A stretch of 64,000 nucleotides of DNA from Bacteroidales bacterium (GTDB lineage: Bacteria; Bacteroidota; Bacteroidia; Bacteroidales; P3): contig JAFUGA010000027.1 in assembly GCA_017469625.1 (NCBI GenBank), forward strand, positions 7,628 to 71,627, written 5' to 3'. Shown in pieces: positions 56,253-64,000 of this stretch. Under the pieces are notes generated by a model. It had not been told where the DNA came from and did not search any database. It worked only from the letters and a program-made list of their open reading frames with translations. Each line of letters begins with the position of its first letter. Position 1 is the stretch's first letter. Both the position numbers and the translations under genes were made by a program.

Positions 56253-58202
56253 ATGATAAAACTCTCAATAGTTATAGTTAATTATAACGTAGAACATTTT
56301 TTAGAACATTGTCTTTTAAGTGTTAGACAGGCGGTAAAAAACATAGAAACAGAGATATTTGTAGTAGATAATAACTCTGTTGATAACTCCGTGCCTATGC
56401 TTAAAGAGAAGTTTACAGAAGTAAAACTTATAGAAAACAAAGAAAATGTTGGTTTTGCTAAAGCGAACAATCAAGCCATAAGAATTTCACAAGGAGAGTA
56501 TGTTCTTTTGTTAAACCCCGATACAGTTGTAGAAGAGGATACTTTTACTAAATGTATAGATTTTATGGACAAAACTCCTGATGCGGGTGCTTTGGGTGTG
56601 AAGATGATAGACGGACAAGGTAAAATTCTTAAGGAGAGTAAGAGAGGTTTTCCTACGCCATGGGTTTGTTTTTGCAAGATGACAGGACTAACTTCTTTGT
56701 TTCCAAATTCTAAAAAATACTGTGGCTACTATATGGGACACTTATCTTACGATGAAACAAACCAAGTAGATATTCTTGCAGGGGCTTATATGCTTATGAG
56801 AAAGAAAGCCTTGTATAAGAGTGGATTATTGGACGAAACTTTCTTTATGTACGGCGAAGATATAGACTTGTCTTACCGTATAACTTTGGCTGGATACAAG
56901 AACTACTACTTTGCAGATACAAATATCATACACTACAAAGGCGAATCCACAAAAAAAGGTTCTTTAAACTATGTTTATACTTTCTATAACGCTATGGATA
57001 TTTTTGCAAAAAAGCATCTATCTTCCTCTCAGACGAAAATATTTTCTCTTATCATAAAATTGGCTATATGGTTTAGGGCTTCGTTGGCTTTCTTTAAAAG
57101 AATATTCAAAAATCTCTTACTTCCTCTAATAGATTTTGTGCTTTTATACTTGGGATTTTTCTTTTTAGAGAAATTTTGGGCTGTAACCTATTGGCACAAT
57201 GCAGAATACTACCCATTGCATTATTTGATTGTAGCGGTACCTTTGTATATCATCATTCTACTTTTCGGAGTCTATGTTTTCGGAGGTTATGAAAAAAAAT
57301 TCAAACCTTATAAACTTATGTACGGAGTAGGTATGGGAATGATAAGTCTTTTAGTTGTCTATTCCTTAATGCCTGCCTCTATGAGATATTCAAGAGCTAT
57401 GGTTCTAATGGGGTCTATCCTTAGTTTCTTTATTCTTTTTGCTATAAGGTATCTTCGTCATTTTATTCAGGAAAGAACTTGGACGCTGAGCAAAGAGCAT
57501 ATAAATTCTTTCGCTATTGTAGGCGATAAAGCAGAAACACAAAGGGTTACTCGCTTGTTGAAAGATACCAACCTGAAACCTGAATTTATAGGAATGGTGT
57601 CAGACAAAGAAGACGAGGATAAAAACTATTTCTTAGGTAATATCAATCAATTAGAAGATATAATAAGGATATACAAAGTAGGAGAGGTAATCTTTTGTTC
57701 CAAAACCTTATCTCAAAGTACTATTATTTCCACAATGACAAACTTATCAAAGGAAAACGTAAGGTTTACCATAGCACCCGATAGCGATTTTATAATAGGT
57801 AGCAACACTATAAATACCCCTACAGATATATACGTAATGAGTGTTAGTAGTATAAGCAGTGAAACCAATAGAAGAAAGAAACGTTTGTTGGATTTCTCAC
57901 TTTCGTTTGTTTTTCTGTTACTTACGGTGGTACTTTTGTTTGTTACAAAAAAGCCTTTCCGTGCTATAAAAAACAATTTTTTAGTTCTTATTTCCAAGAA
58001 AACCTTTGTAGGTTATGACCTTAAAGATACAAACGTAAATGATTTGCCAAAACTAAAACCAAGTATATTCTCAGTTTCAGATAATATGAATAGCGACAAA
58101 TTAGACGAACAAACTCTTCACCGTCTTAACCTTTTGTATGCACGAAACTATAACGTAAAAAACGACCTTGATACAGTACTAAAGAATTTTAGGAGAATGT
58201 AA
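56253..58202 (+). CDS. GT2 glycosyltransferase fused to a multi-TM region and a degenerate phosphoglycosyl-transferase-like C-terminus
   Basis: 649 aa. GT2 motifs LSIVIVNYN, FVVDNNSVDNS and LLNPD. Then about 5 TM helices, a Rossmann-like linker (FAIVGDKAETQR...EVIFCS) and KRLLDFSLSFVFLLLTV, without the catalytic core that normally follows in PGTs. Confidence 0.65.
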   Translation: MIKLSIVIVNYNVEHFLEHCLLSVRQAVKNIETEIFVVDNNSVDNSVPMLKEKFTEVKLIENKENVGFAKANNQAIRISQGEYVLLLNPDTVVEEDTFTKCIDFMDKTPDAGALGVKMIDGQGKILKESKRGFPTPWVCFCKMTGLTSLFPNSKKYCGYYMGHLSYDETNQVDILAGAYMLMRKKALYKSGLLDETFFMYGEDIDLSYRITLAGYKNYYFADTNIIHYKGESTKKGSLNYVYTFYNAMDIFAKKHLSSSQTKIFSLIIKLAIWFRASLAFFKRIFKNLLLPLIDFVLLYLGFFFLEKFWAVTYWHNAEYYPLHYLIVAVPLYIIILLFGVYVFGGYEKKFKPYKLMYGVGMGMISLLVVYSLMPASMRYSRAMVLMGSILSFFILFAIRYLRHFIQERTWTLSKEHINSFAIVGDKAETQRVTRLLKDTNLKPEFIGMVSDKEDEDKNYFLGNINQLEDIIRIYKVGEVIFCSKTLSQSTIISTMTNLSKENVRFTIAPDSDFIIGSNTINTPTDIYVMSVSSISSETNRRKKRLLDFSLSFVFLLLTVVLLFVTKKPFRAIKNNFLVLISKKTFVGYDLKDTNVNDLPKLKPSIFSVSDNMNSDKLDEQTLHRLNLLYARNYNVKNDLDTVLKNFRRM

Positions 58203-58254
58203 ATCTTATACATTATTATGTATATGTGTGTAGTAAAATTTCATTTTTCTAACT

Positions 58255-58401
58255 CTTCGTTCTTTTTTCACGAAACAAAGTTTTAGATTTCTATTTCTTT
58301 GTTTTAATTTCACGAAACTTTGTTTTAGAATTCTATCTCTTTGTTTTAGAAAATTAAAACAAAGAAAGAGAAATTTAGAATCAAGTTTTATTTTACTGAT
58401 A
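58255..58401. repeat. phased 21-bp repeat array, copy I (7 units)
   Basis: CTTCGTTCTTTTTTCACGAAA / CAAAGTTTTAGATTTCTATTT / CTTTGTTTTAATTTCACGAAA / CTTTGTTTTAGAATTCTATCT / CTTTGTTTTAGAAAATTAAAA / CAAAGAAAGAGAAATTTAGAA / TCAAGTTTTATTTTACTGATA. Confidence 0.9.
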
Positions 58402-58446
58402 TTTTATTTCGTTGTGGTATAATATTCATATTTTACAAAAATATTG

Positions 58447-58454
58447 TATCTTTG
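58447..58454 (+). promoter_or_regulatory. -7 promoter box TATCTTTG upstream of lpdA
   Basis: TAnnTTTG match 32 nt upstream of the ATG at 58487. Confidence 0.45.
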
Positions 58455-58486
58455 TGGTGTAATTTCTAATTTAAAACAAATATTAT

Positions 58487-59860
58487 ATGCAATACGATAT
58501 AGCGATTATAGGTTCAGGTCCAGGAGGATACGTTGCAGCAGAGAAGGCTGCAGAAGAAGGTTACAAAGTTGCCCTTATAGAAAAAGAAAGATTGGGAGGT
58601 ATTTGTCTTAATTGGGGTTGTATTCCTACCAAAGCTTTATTGAAATCTGCTCAAGCCTATCATTATGCAGAAAAATCTTTAGAATATGGTATAGAGATAA
58701 GCGGAGAGGTTAAACCAAACTTTACTAAGATAGTAGAACGCTCAAGAGGAGTAGCCGATGCTATGAATAAAGGAGTGGAGTTTCTTATGAAGAAAAACAA
58801 TGTTGATGTTATATTTGGTACAGCCTCACTTACAAAAGACAAGACCATAGAAGTAGAACAACAAGACGGCAAACAAACCATACAAGCCGATAGAATAATT
58901 TTGGCAACAGGTGCTCACTCAAAGGTTTTACCTAACTTGCCACAAGACGGTAAGTATATAATAGGTTATAGGCAAGCCATGACTTTGCCAGAACAACCAA
59001 AGAGTATGGTAGTTGTAGGTAGTGGAGCAATAGGAAGTGAGTTTGCACATTTCTATCAAAGCATAGGAACACAGGTTACTCTTGTTGAGTTTATGCCTCA
59101 AATAGTTCCAAACGAAGATAAAGAAGTGGCTTCTACTTTGCAACGTTGCTTCAAAAAGAATGGAATGAAGGTTTATACAGGAACATCTGTTGAAAAGGTA
59201 GATGTTGTTGATGGCCGTTGCATAGTAACTCTTGCAGGAAAGAAATCTGAAACTATTGAATGCGATGTTGTTCTTTCGGCAGTAGGTGTTGAAACAAATT
59301 TAGAAGGTTTAGGTCTTGAAAATCTTGGAATAAATACCGAAAGAGGAAAAGTTCTTGTCAATGAATGGTATGAAACAAATGTTTCTGGTATATATGCTAT
59401 AGGCGATATAGTAAAAGGACCTGCTTTGGCACATGTTGCGAGCAAAGAAGCAGAAGTTTGTATCAAACATATAAAAGGAATAGATGTAAAACCTGTTTCT
59501 TATGGTAATATTCCGGGTTGTACATATACTACTCCAGAGATTGCATCTGTAGGTCTAACAGAAGACAAGGCAAAAGAACAATCAATAGACGTGAAAGTAG
59601 GAAAGTTTATGTTTATGGCCTCTGGCAAAGCTACAGCAGCAGGAAACAGAGATGGATTTGTGAAAGTAGTTTTGAACGCTAAGGATAACACTATTGTGGG
59701 TTGTTCTATGATAGGAGATAATGTTACAGAGATGATAGAAGAAATAGTTGTCGCAAGAGAAAACAACCTAACAGCACAACAACTTATAGATTCTGTACAT
59801 CCACACCCTACAATGTCAGAAGCAGTTATGGAGGCTTTAACTGCTGCTTTGAAAGCATAA
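58487..59860 (+). CDS. lpdA: dihydrolipoyl dehydrogenase
   Basis: 457 aa. FAD motif IIGSGPGGYVAA, redox-active disulfide GGICLNWGCIPTK and the C-terminal HPHPT interface motif. Confidence 0.93.
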   Translation: MQYDIAIIGSGPGGYVAAEKAAEEGYKVALIEKERLGGICLNWGCIPTKALLKSAQAYHYAEKSLEYGIEISGEVKPNFTKIVERSRGVADAMNKGVEFLMKKNNVDVIFGTASLTKDKTIEVEQQDGKQTIQADRIILATGAHSKVLPNLPQDGKYIIGYRQAMTLPEQPKSMVVVGSGAIGSEFAHFYQSIGTQVTLVEFMPQIVPNEDKEVASTLQRCFKKNGMKVYTGTSVEKVDVVDGRCIVTLAGKKSETIECDVVLSAVGVETNLEGLGLENLGINTERGKVLVNEWYETNVSGIYAIGDIVKGPALAHVASKEAEVCIKHIKGIDVKPVSYGNIPGCTYTTPEIASVGLTEDKAKEQSIDVKVGKFMFMASGKATAAGNRDGFVKVVLNAKDNTIVGCSMIGDNVTEMIEEIVVARENNLTAQQLIDSVHPHPTMSEAVMEALTAALKA

Positions 59861-59895
59861 GAAACAGAAAATTATACTAAAAGACAAAGGAATAA

Positions 59896-61599
59896 TTGAA
59901 AGAACCTTTGGAAATATTACAAAAGTATTGGGGATATTCATCTTTTGTTGGTATTCAGGAAAAGATAATATCCTCTATTCTTTCTAAAAAAGATACCCTT
60001 GGAATAATGCCAACGGGTGGTGGAAAGAGTATATGCTATCAGGTACCTGCAATGTTGCAAAGTGGTATCTGTCTTGTCATTGAACCTTTAATATCTTTGA
60101 TTAAAGACCAGATAGATAATTTAGACAAAGTAGGAATACGAGCCGTTACTATCAACCATCTGCAATCCAAAGACAAGAACCTTTCGGCTATGAATCAATG
60201 TTTAAATCATAGAGCGAAGTTTCTGTTTGTTTCTGCTGAAAGATTGCAATCCTCTTCATTTATAAACAATTTAATACAATTAAATATCAACCTTATAGCA
60301 ATAGATGAAGCCCATTGTATTTCTCAATGGGGACACTCATTTCGTCCATCTTATTTGAGGATAGGAGATTTAAAGGATATATTTCCAAATGTTCCATTTC
60401 TTGCTCTTACTGCTACAGCCACAGAATATGTAAAGGAGGATATAAAAAAAGTATTACGGTTCAAGGAATATAATTCCAACATACTTACAACTTCGTTTTT
60501 TAGGGAGAATATCCACTTAAAATTCCACGAAACAGAAGATAAAATAGAGAAAATAGCCATAACGGCCAAACATCTTAAAACTGCTGGAATAGTTTATTGC
60601 AATAAGAGAGTGGATACCGTTATGATAGCACATCATCTTAAAGAAGATTATGGACTAAATGCAGAAGCCTATCATGCACAACTTACTCCGTACGAAAGAA
60701 ACAATGTTCAAAATCTATGGATTAAAAATGAAATTCAGATAATAGTTGCTACTACTGCTTTCGGTATGGGTATAGATAAAGCAGATGTAGGTTTTGTCAT
60801 TCATACAAGCATACCTTCTTCTATAGAAAGATACTATCAGGAGTTTGGAAGAGCAGGACGAAACAAGCAAAAAGCCTTTAGTGTGGTCCTTTACAATAAA
60901 GATGATTTGTATTCACAGAAATATATTACCGAAAACATATACCCGGACAAGAAAATAATAAAAGCCGTATATAATAAGGTATGTTCGGACGCTAAAATAG
61001 CAACAGGTTGTGGTAAAGGAGAGAACTTTCCTATTGATTTCAAAGAATTGTCTGTTAAGTTGGACTTATCCGAAACTGTAGTTTTCAATTCATTAAAGAT
61101 ATTAGAGAACGAGGGCTGGTGGCGTTTGTCTTGTGAAGAAAGTCCTTTATCTCAAGCTAGGATATTAGTGGATAACAAAACTCTAAACGACTTTCTGTAC
61201 GATTATGAGGCGTATTATTATATCATTGCTTATCTTCTGAGAGAATATCCTGCTATTCACCACGAGTATGTAAGAATAAACGAAACCTATATGGCACAAC
61301 AGGAACATATATCCGAAACGCAGGTAAAGAAAGATTTGGTTTTCCTAATGAAAAACAACATAATAGAATATGTAAGAAAAGAAAAAGGGGATAATATTAC
61401 ACTTTTAGAAGATAGAACTTATTTTGATAATGGTCTGCTTTCAAAAGAGATTTACACCATTCCTAAACAATCTACCATAGAAAAAGGCAAGAAAATGAGA
61501 GAACTTGTTCTTACTAAAGCGTGTCGTTGGCAGTATATTCTAAATTATTTTGGAGAGAAATCGGATAAATGTTTCGTTTGCGATAATTGTAAGAAATAA
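59896..61599 (+). CDS. recQ: RecQ-family ATP-dependent DNA helicase
   Basis: 567 aa. Probable TTG start (a TAA lies immediately upstream, and the next Met falls inside motif I). MPTGGGKS, DEAH box AIDEAHCISQWGHSFRPSY and ATTAFGMGIDK motifs. Confidence 0.88.
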   Translation: MKEPLEILQKYWGYSSFVGIQEKIISSILSKKDTLGIMPTGGGKSICYQVPAMLQSGICLVIEPLISLIKDQIDNLDKVGIRAVTINHLQSKDKNLSAMNQCLNHRAKFLFVSAERLQSSSFINNLIQLNINLIAIDEAHCISQWGHSFRPSYLRIGDLKDIFPNVPFLALTATATEYVKEDIKKVLRFKEYNSNILTTSFFRENIHLKFHETEDKIEKIAITAKHLKTAGIVYCNKRVDTVMIAHHLKEDYGLNAEAYHAQLTPYERNNVQNLWIKNEIQIIVATTAFGMGIDKADVGFVIHTSIPSSIERYYQEFGRAGRNKQKAFSVVLYNKDDLYSQKYITENIYPDKKIIKAVYNKVCSDAKIATGCGKGENFPIDFKELSVKLDLSETVVFNSLKILENEGWWRLSCEESPLSQARILVDNKTLNDFLYDYEAYYYIIAYLLREYPAIHHEYVRINETYMAQQEHISETQVKKDLVFLMKNNIIEYVRKEKGDNITLLEDRTYFDNGLLSKEIYTIPKQSTIEKGKKMRELVLTKACRWQYILNYFGEKSDKCFVCDNCKK

Positions 61600-61653
61600 T
61601 ACCTAAAAATAAAATTTTACCCTCAAAATACTACAAACCTAAATAAATTTGTT

Positions 61654-61661
61654 TAACTTTG
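61654..61661 (+). promoter_or_regulatory. -7 promoter box TAACTTTG
   Basis: TAnnTTTG match 43 nt upstream of the ATG at 61705. Confidence 0.45.
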
Positions 61662-61704
61662 CACTAATCTAATAAAACAAGGAACAATTAACAGTATTTT
61701 GTTA

Positions 61705-62874
61705 ATGATTTTTTTGATAATACATAACGAATACAGAGATAGAGGAGGAGAGGAAACGGTTGTAGAATTTCAAAAACAACTGTTGGAGTCCTATAGTCAT
61801 AAAGTACTGTTGTATAAACGCAATTACCATGAGTATGGCGATAGTTTGTTTGGTAAGATTAAATCTGTATTTACCTCTGTATATAATTCACGTTCTGTAA
61901 AAGATATAGCATCTATTGTAAATAAAGAAAAACCTCAAGTAGCCATTATTCACAATGTTTTTTCCATTATTTCACCCGCTGTTATTCCAACACTAAAAAA
62001 ACAAGGTGTAGAAGTATGGCAGGTTGTTCATAATTATAGAATGTTTTGTCCTATAGGTATTTTTTACAATACAAGAAAAGGTAAAATATGTGAAGAATGT
62101 TTAGGCAAAAACCGTGAATGGAATTGTCTGAAAAACCATTGTACAGAAAATATATTCAACGATTTTGCTTTCTCTTTGAAGTTTTCTCTTGTTAGAAAAA
62201 AGAATTACTATGATAGTGTAGATAAATATCTTTGTCTAAACAAAAGGCAGATGGATAAATTGAAATCATATGGTATCAATGAAAAGAAACTCTATTTTCT
62301 ACCTAATGCTATAAAAGAAGAAAACGAAGAAACACATATACCATACGAAGAAAAAAAATACGTAGGTTTTGCAGGACGATTGACAAAAGAGAAAGGCTTT
62401 TATGATTTTATGAAATTGGCAAAACTTATGCCTGAATATACATTTAGGGTTGCAGGAAAAGTGCCAGAGAATTTAGAAAAAGAAAAACTACCAGCAAACA
62501 TTGTATTTTTAGGTTTTTTAGATAAGAAAGCAATGATGGATTTCTACAAAACCAATAAATTACTTCTGTTTCTAAGTCATTGGTATGAAACTTTTGGATT
62601 GACAGCTTTAGAATCTATGATGCAACATACTCCTGTTATAACCTACTCTGTGTCGGCTGCAAGTGAGATAATAGAAGATAAAAAAGACGGTTTCGTTCTA
62701 CAGAAAACAGGAGATATACTTTCTTTGCAACAAAAAGTGAAAGAATTATTTGACAACCAAGAACTATATTCTTATATGTGTAAAAATGCTTATGAAAAGG
62801 CAAGCAAAGAATACACCCCTAAGAAATATTATGAAAGACTTATGAATATAAACACAAATTTGAAAGATAAATAA
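61705..62874 (+). CDS. glycosyltransferase family 4
   Basis: ATG at 61705 preferred over the tracked TTG at 61699. RGGEE near the N-terminus and the E-x7-E region ETFGLTALESMMQHTPVIT. Confidence 0.8.
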   Translation: MIFLIIHNEYRDRGGEETVVEFQKQLLESYSHKVLLYKRNYHEYGDSLFGKIKSVFTSVYNSRSVKDIASIVNKEKPQVAIIHNVFSIISPAVIPTLKKQGVEVWQVVHNYRMFCPIGIFYNTRKGKICEECLGKNREWNCLKNHCTENIFNDFAFSLKFSLVRKKNYYDSVDKYLCLNKRQMDKLKSYGINEKKLYFLPNAIKEENEETHIPYEEKKYVGFAGRLTKEKGFYDFMKLAKLMPEYTFRVAGKVPENLEKEKLPANIVFLGFLDKKAMMDFYKTNKLLLFLSHWYETFGLTALESMMQHTPVITYSVSAASEIIEDKKDGFVLQKTGDILSLQQKVKELFDNQELYSYMCKNAYEKASKEYTPKKYYERLMNINTNLKDK

Positions 62875-62889
62875 AAAAGATATACGAAT

Positions 62890-63648
62890 ATGAGACACCC
62901 TTTAGTTTCCATAATAACAGTTTGTTACAATGCACAAGATACAATAGAGGCAACTATAAACAGTGTAAGAAAGCAGACTTATGACAATTATGAATATATA
63001 GTAATAGATGGCGATTCTACAGACTCAACAAAAGATATTCTTTTGGCAAATAGAGATGTTATTACAAAATATGTGTCCGAGAAAGACAACGGATTGTACT
63101 ATGCAATGAATAAAGGTTTGGATATAGCAGAGGGAGAGTATGTTTGGTTTATGAATGCTGGCGATAGAATACCACATTCCAACACTCTTGAAAAGATTAT
63201 GGAATCCTCTTACAAATTCCAAGATATTTATTACGGAAATACAAAAATTATAGACAAATCTGGTACAGTTGTGGGCAAAAGACGTTTGAAAGCACCTGAG
63301 ATTTTGACCAAGAATTCTTTTCTTTGGGGTATGGTAGTGTGTCATCAAGCGGCTGTTGTGAAGAAAAGTTTAGTCAAACATTACGATACTAGATATAAGA
63401 TAACATCTGATTACGATTGGCTTCTTAGTGCAATAGAAAAATCTGACCCTGTACTTATGCGTGGTAGCAGAAGAACGTATTGTTATTTTCTTGAGGGAGG
63501 ATTATCTCAAAAAAATATGTTAAAAAGTAATATGGAAAGATTTCGTATTATGGTAAAACATTACGGAGTTTTCCTTGCGGTAATATTTAATATCCTTATG
63601 TTTTTTAGATATATAAAAGACAAAATTACACGTCCTACTATGTCTTAA
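62890..63648 (+). CDS. glycosyltransferase family 2
   Basis: 252 aa. VSIITVCYNAQDTI, IVIDGDSTDST and FMNAGD motifs. Confidence 0.85.
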   Translation: MRHPLVSIITVCYNAQDTIEATINSVRKQTYDNYEYIVIDGDSTDSTKDILLANRDVITKYVSEKDNGLYYAMNKGLDIAEGEYVWFMNAGDRIPHSNTLEKIMESSYKFQDIYYGNTKIIDKSGTVVGKRRLKAPEILTKNSFLWGMVVCHQAAVVKKSLVKHYDTRYKITSDYDWLLSAIEKSDPVLMRGSRRTYCYFLEGGLSQKNMLKSNMERFRIMVKHYGVFLAVIFNILMFFRYIKDKITRPTMS

Positions 63649-63752
63649 TTTTTTTTGCAAATATAGAGGAAAAACAAAGAAATGGATTTGCAAAACAAAG
63701 TTGAAAAACTAAAAAACTAAGACAAAAACGCAAAACTATTAAAAAAAAGTTT

Positions 63753-63760
63753 TATCTTTG
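63753..63760 (+). promoter_or_regulatory. -7 promoter box TATCTTTG upstream of the fabG-like gene
   Basis: TAnnTTTG match 43 nt upstream of the ATG at 63804. Confidence 0.45.
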
Positions 63761-63803
63761 TAAAAATAATTTTTTTTAAAACAGAAAATAAAAGTATCAA
63801 AAT

Positions 63804-64000
63804 ATGAAATTATTAGAAAATAAAGTGGCTTTGGTAACAGGAGCCTCAAAAGGAATAGGCAAACAAATAGCCATAGCATACGCAAAAGAAGGAGCAATGG
63901 TTGCTTTCACAGATTTGAACAGAGATAGCGTTATGGAAGAAACAGAAAAAGAACTTTTGGCTTTGGGTGTTAAAGCAAAAGGTTATGCTTCCAATGCAGC
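63804..64000 (+). CDS. fabG: 3-oxoacyl-ACP reductase-like SDR (5' part only, runs off window)
   Basis: Hand translation: MKLLENKVALVTGASKGIGKQIAIAYAKEGAMVAFTDLN... with the TGxxxGIG motif typical of FabG. Confidence 0.7.
   Translation, partial: MKLLENKVALVTGASKGIGKQIAIAYAKEGAMVAFTDLNRDSVMEETEKELLALGVKAKGYASNA

Overview
AT-rich Bacteroidota-type chromosomal segment. The lineage call rests on recurrent TAnnTTTG -7 promoter boxes, a GldH-like lipoprotein, DUF4293-like and Sel1 proteins, and a Bacteroidales-like GroEL. Housekeeping genes sit at both ends and in the second half: uvrC, purC, tRNA-Gln, groES/groEL, secG, lpdA, recQ, a CPA2 antiporter, djlA-like and fabG. The centre (10056-37686) is a 27.6-kb run of 27 co-directional surface-polysaccharide genes: two Wzx flippases, one EpsG/Wzy-like polymerase, about 13 glycosyltransferases, two pyruvyl transferases, two LicD proteins, FnlB/FnlC, a DegT aminotransferase and others. 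The most unusual signal is non-coding. Nine copies of a dispersed element lie in the window, each a gap-free phased array of degenerate 21-bp units (5-13 units, both orientations kept in one register, some forming about 200-bp palindromes). They sit at operon boundaries, and one copy is inserted in frame inside a pyruvyl-transferase gene. Other notable points: a second pyruvyl-transferase gene split at a G11 tract (phase-variation candidate); FnlB/FnlC without FnlA; recently duplicated GT2 genes with conserved 5' halves; a compact tRNA-adjacent 4-ORF cassette ending in a TacT-like GNAT toxin; a Fic gene with a single in-frame TAG; a structured-looking 320-bp ORF-free block behind a promoter box; and promoter boxes 4 nt from two start codons (leaderless geometry). 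All calls come from reading the sequence and translations. No database search was possible.
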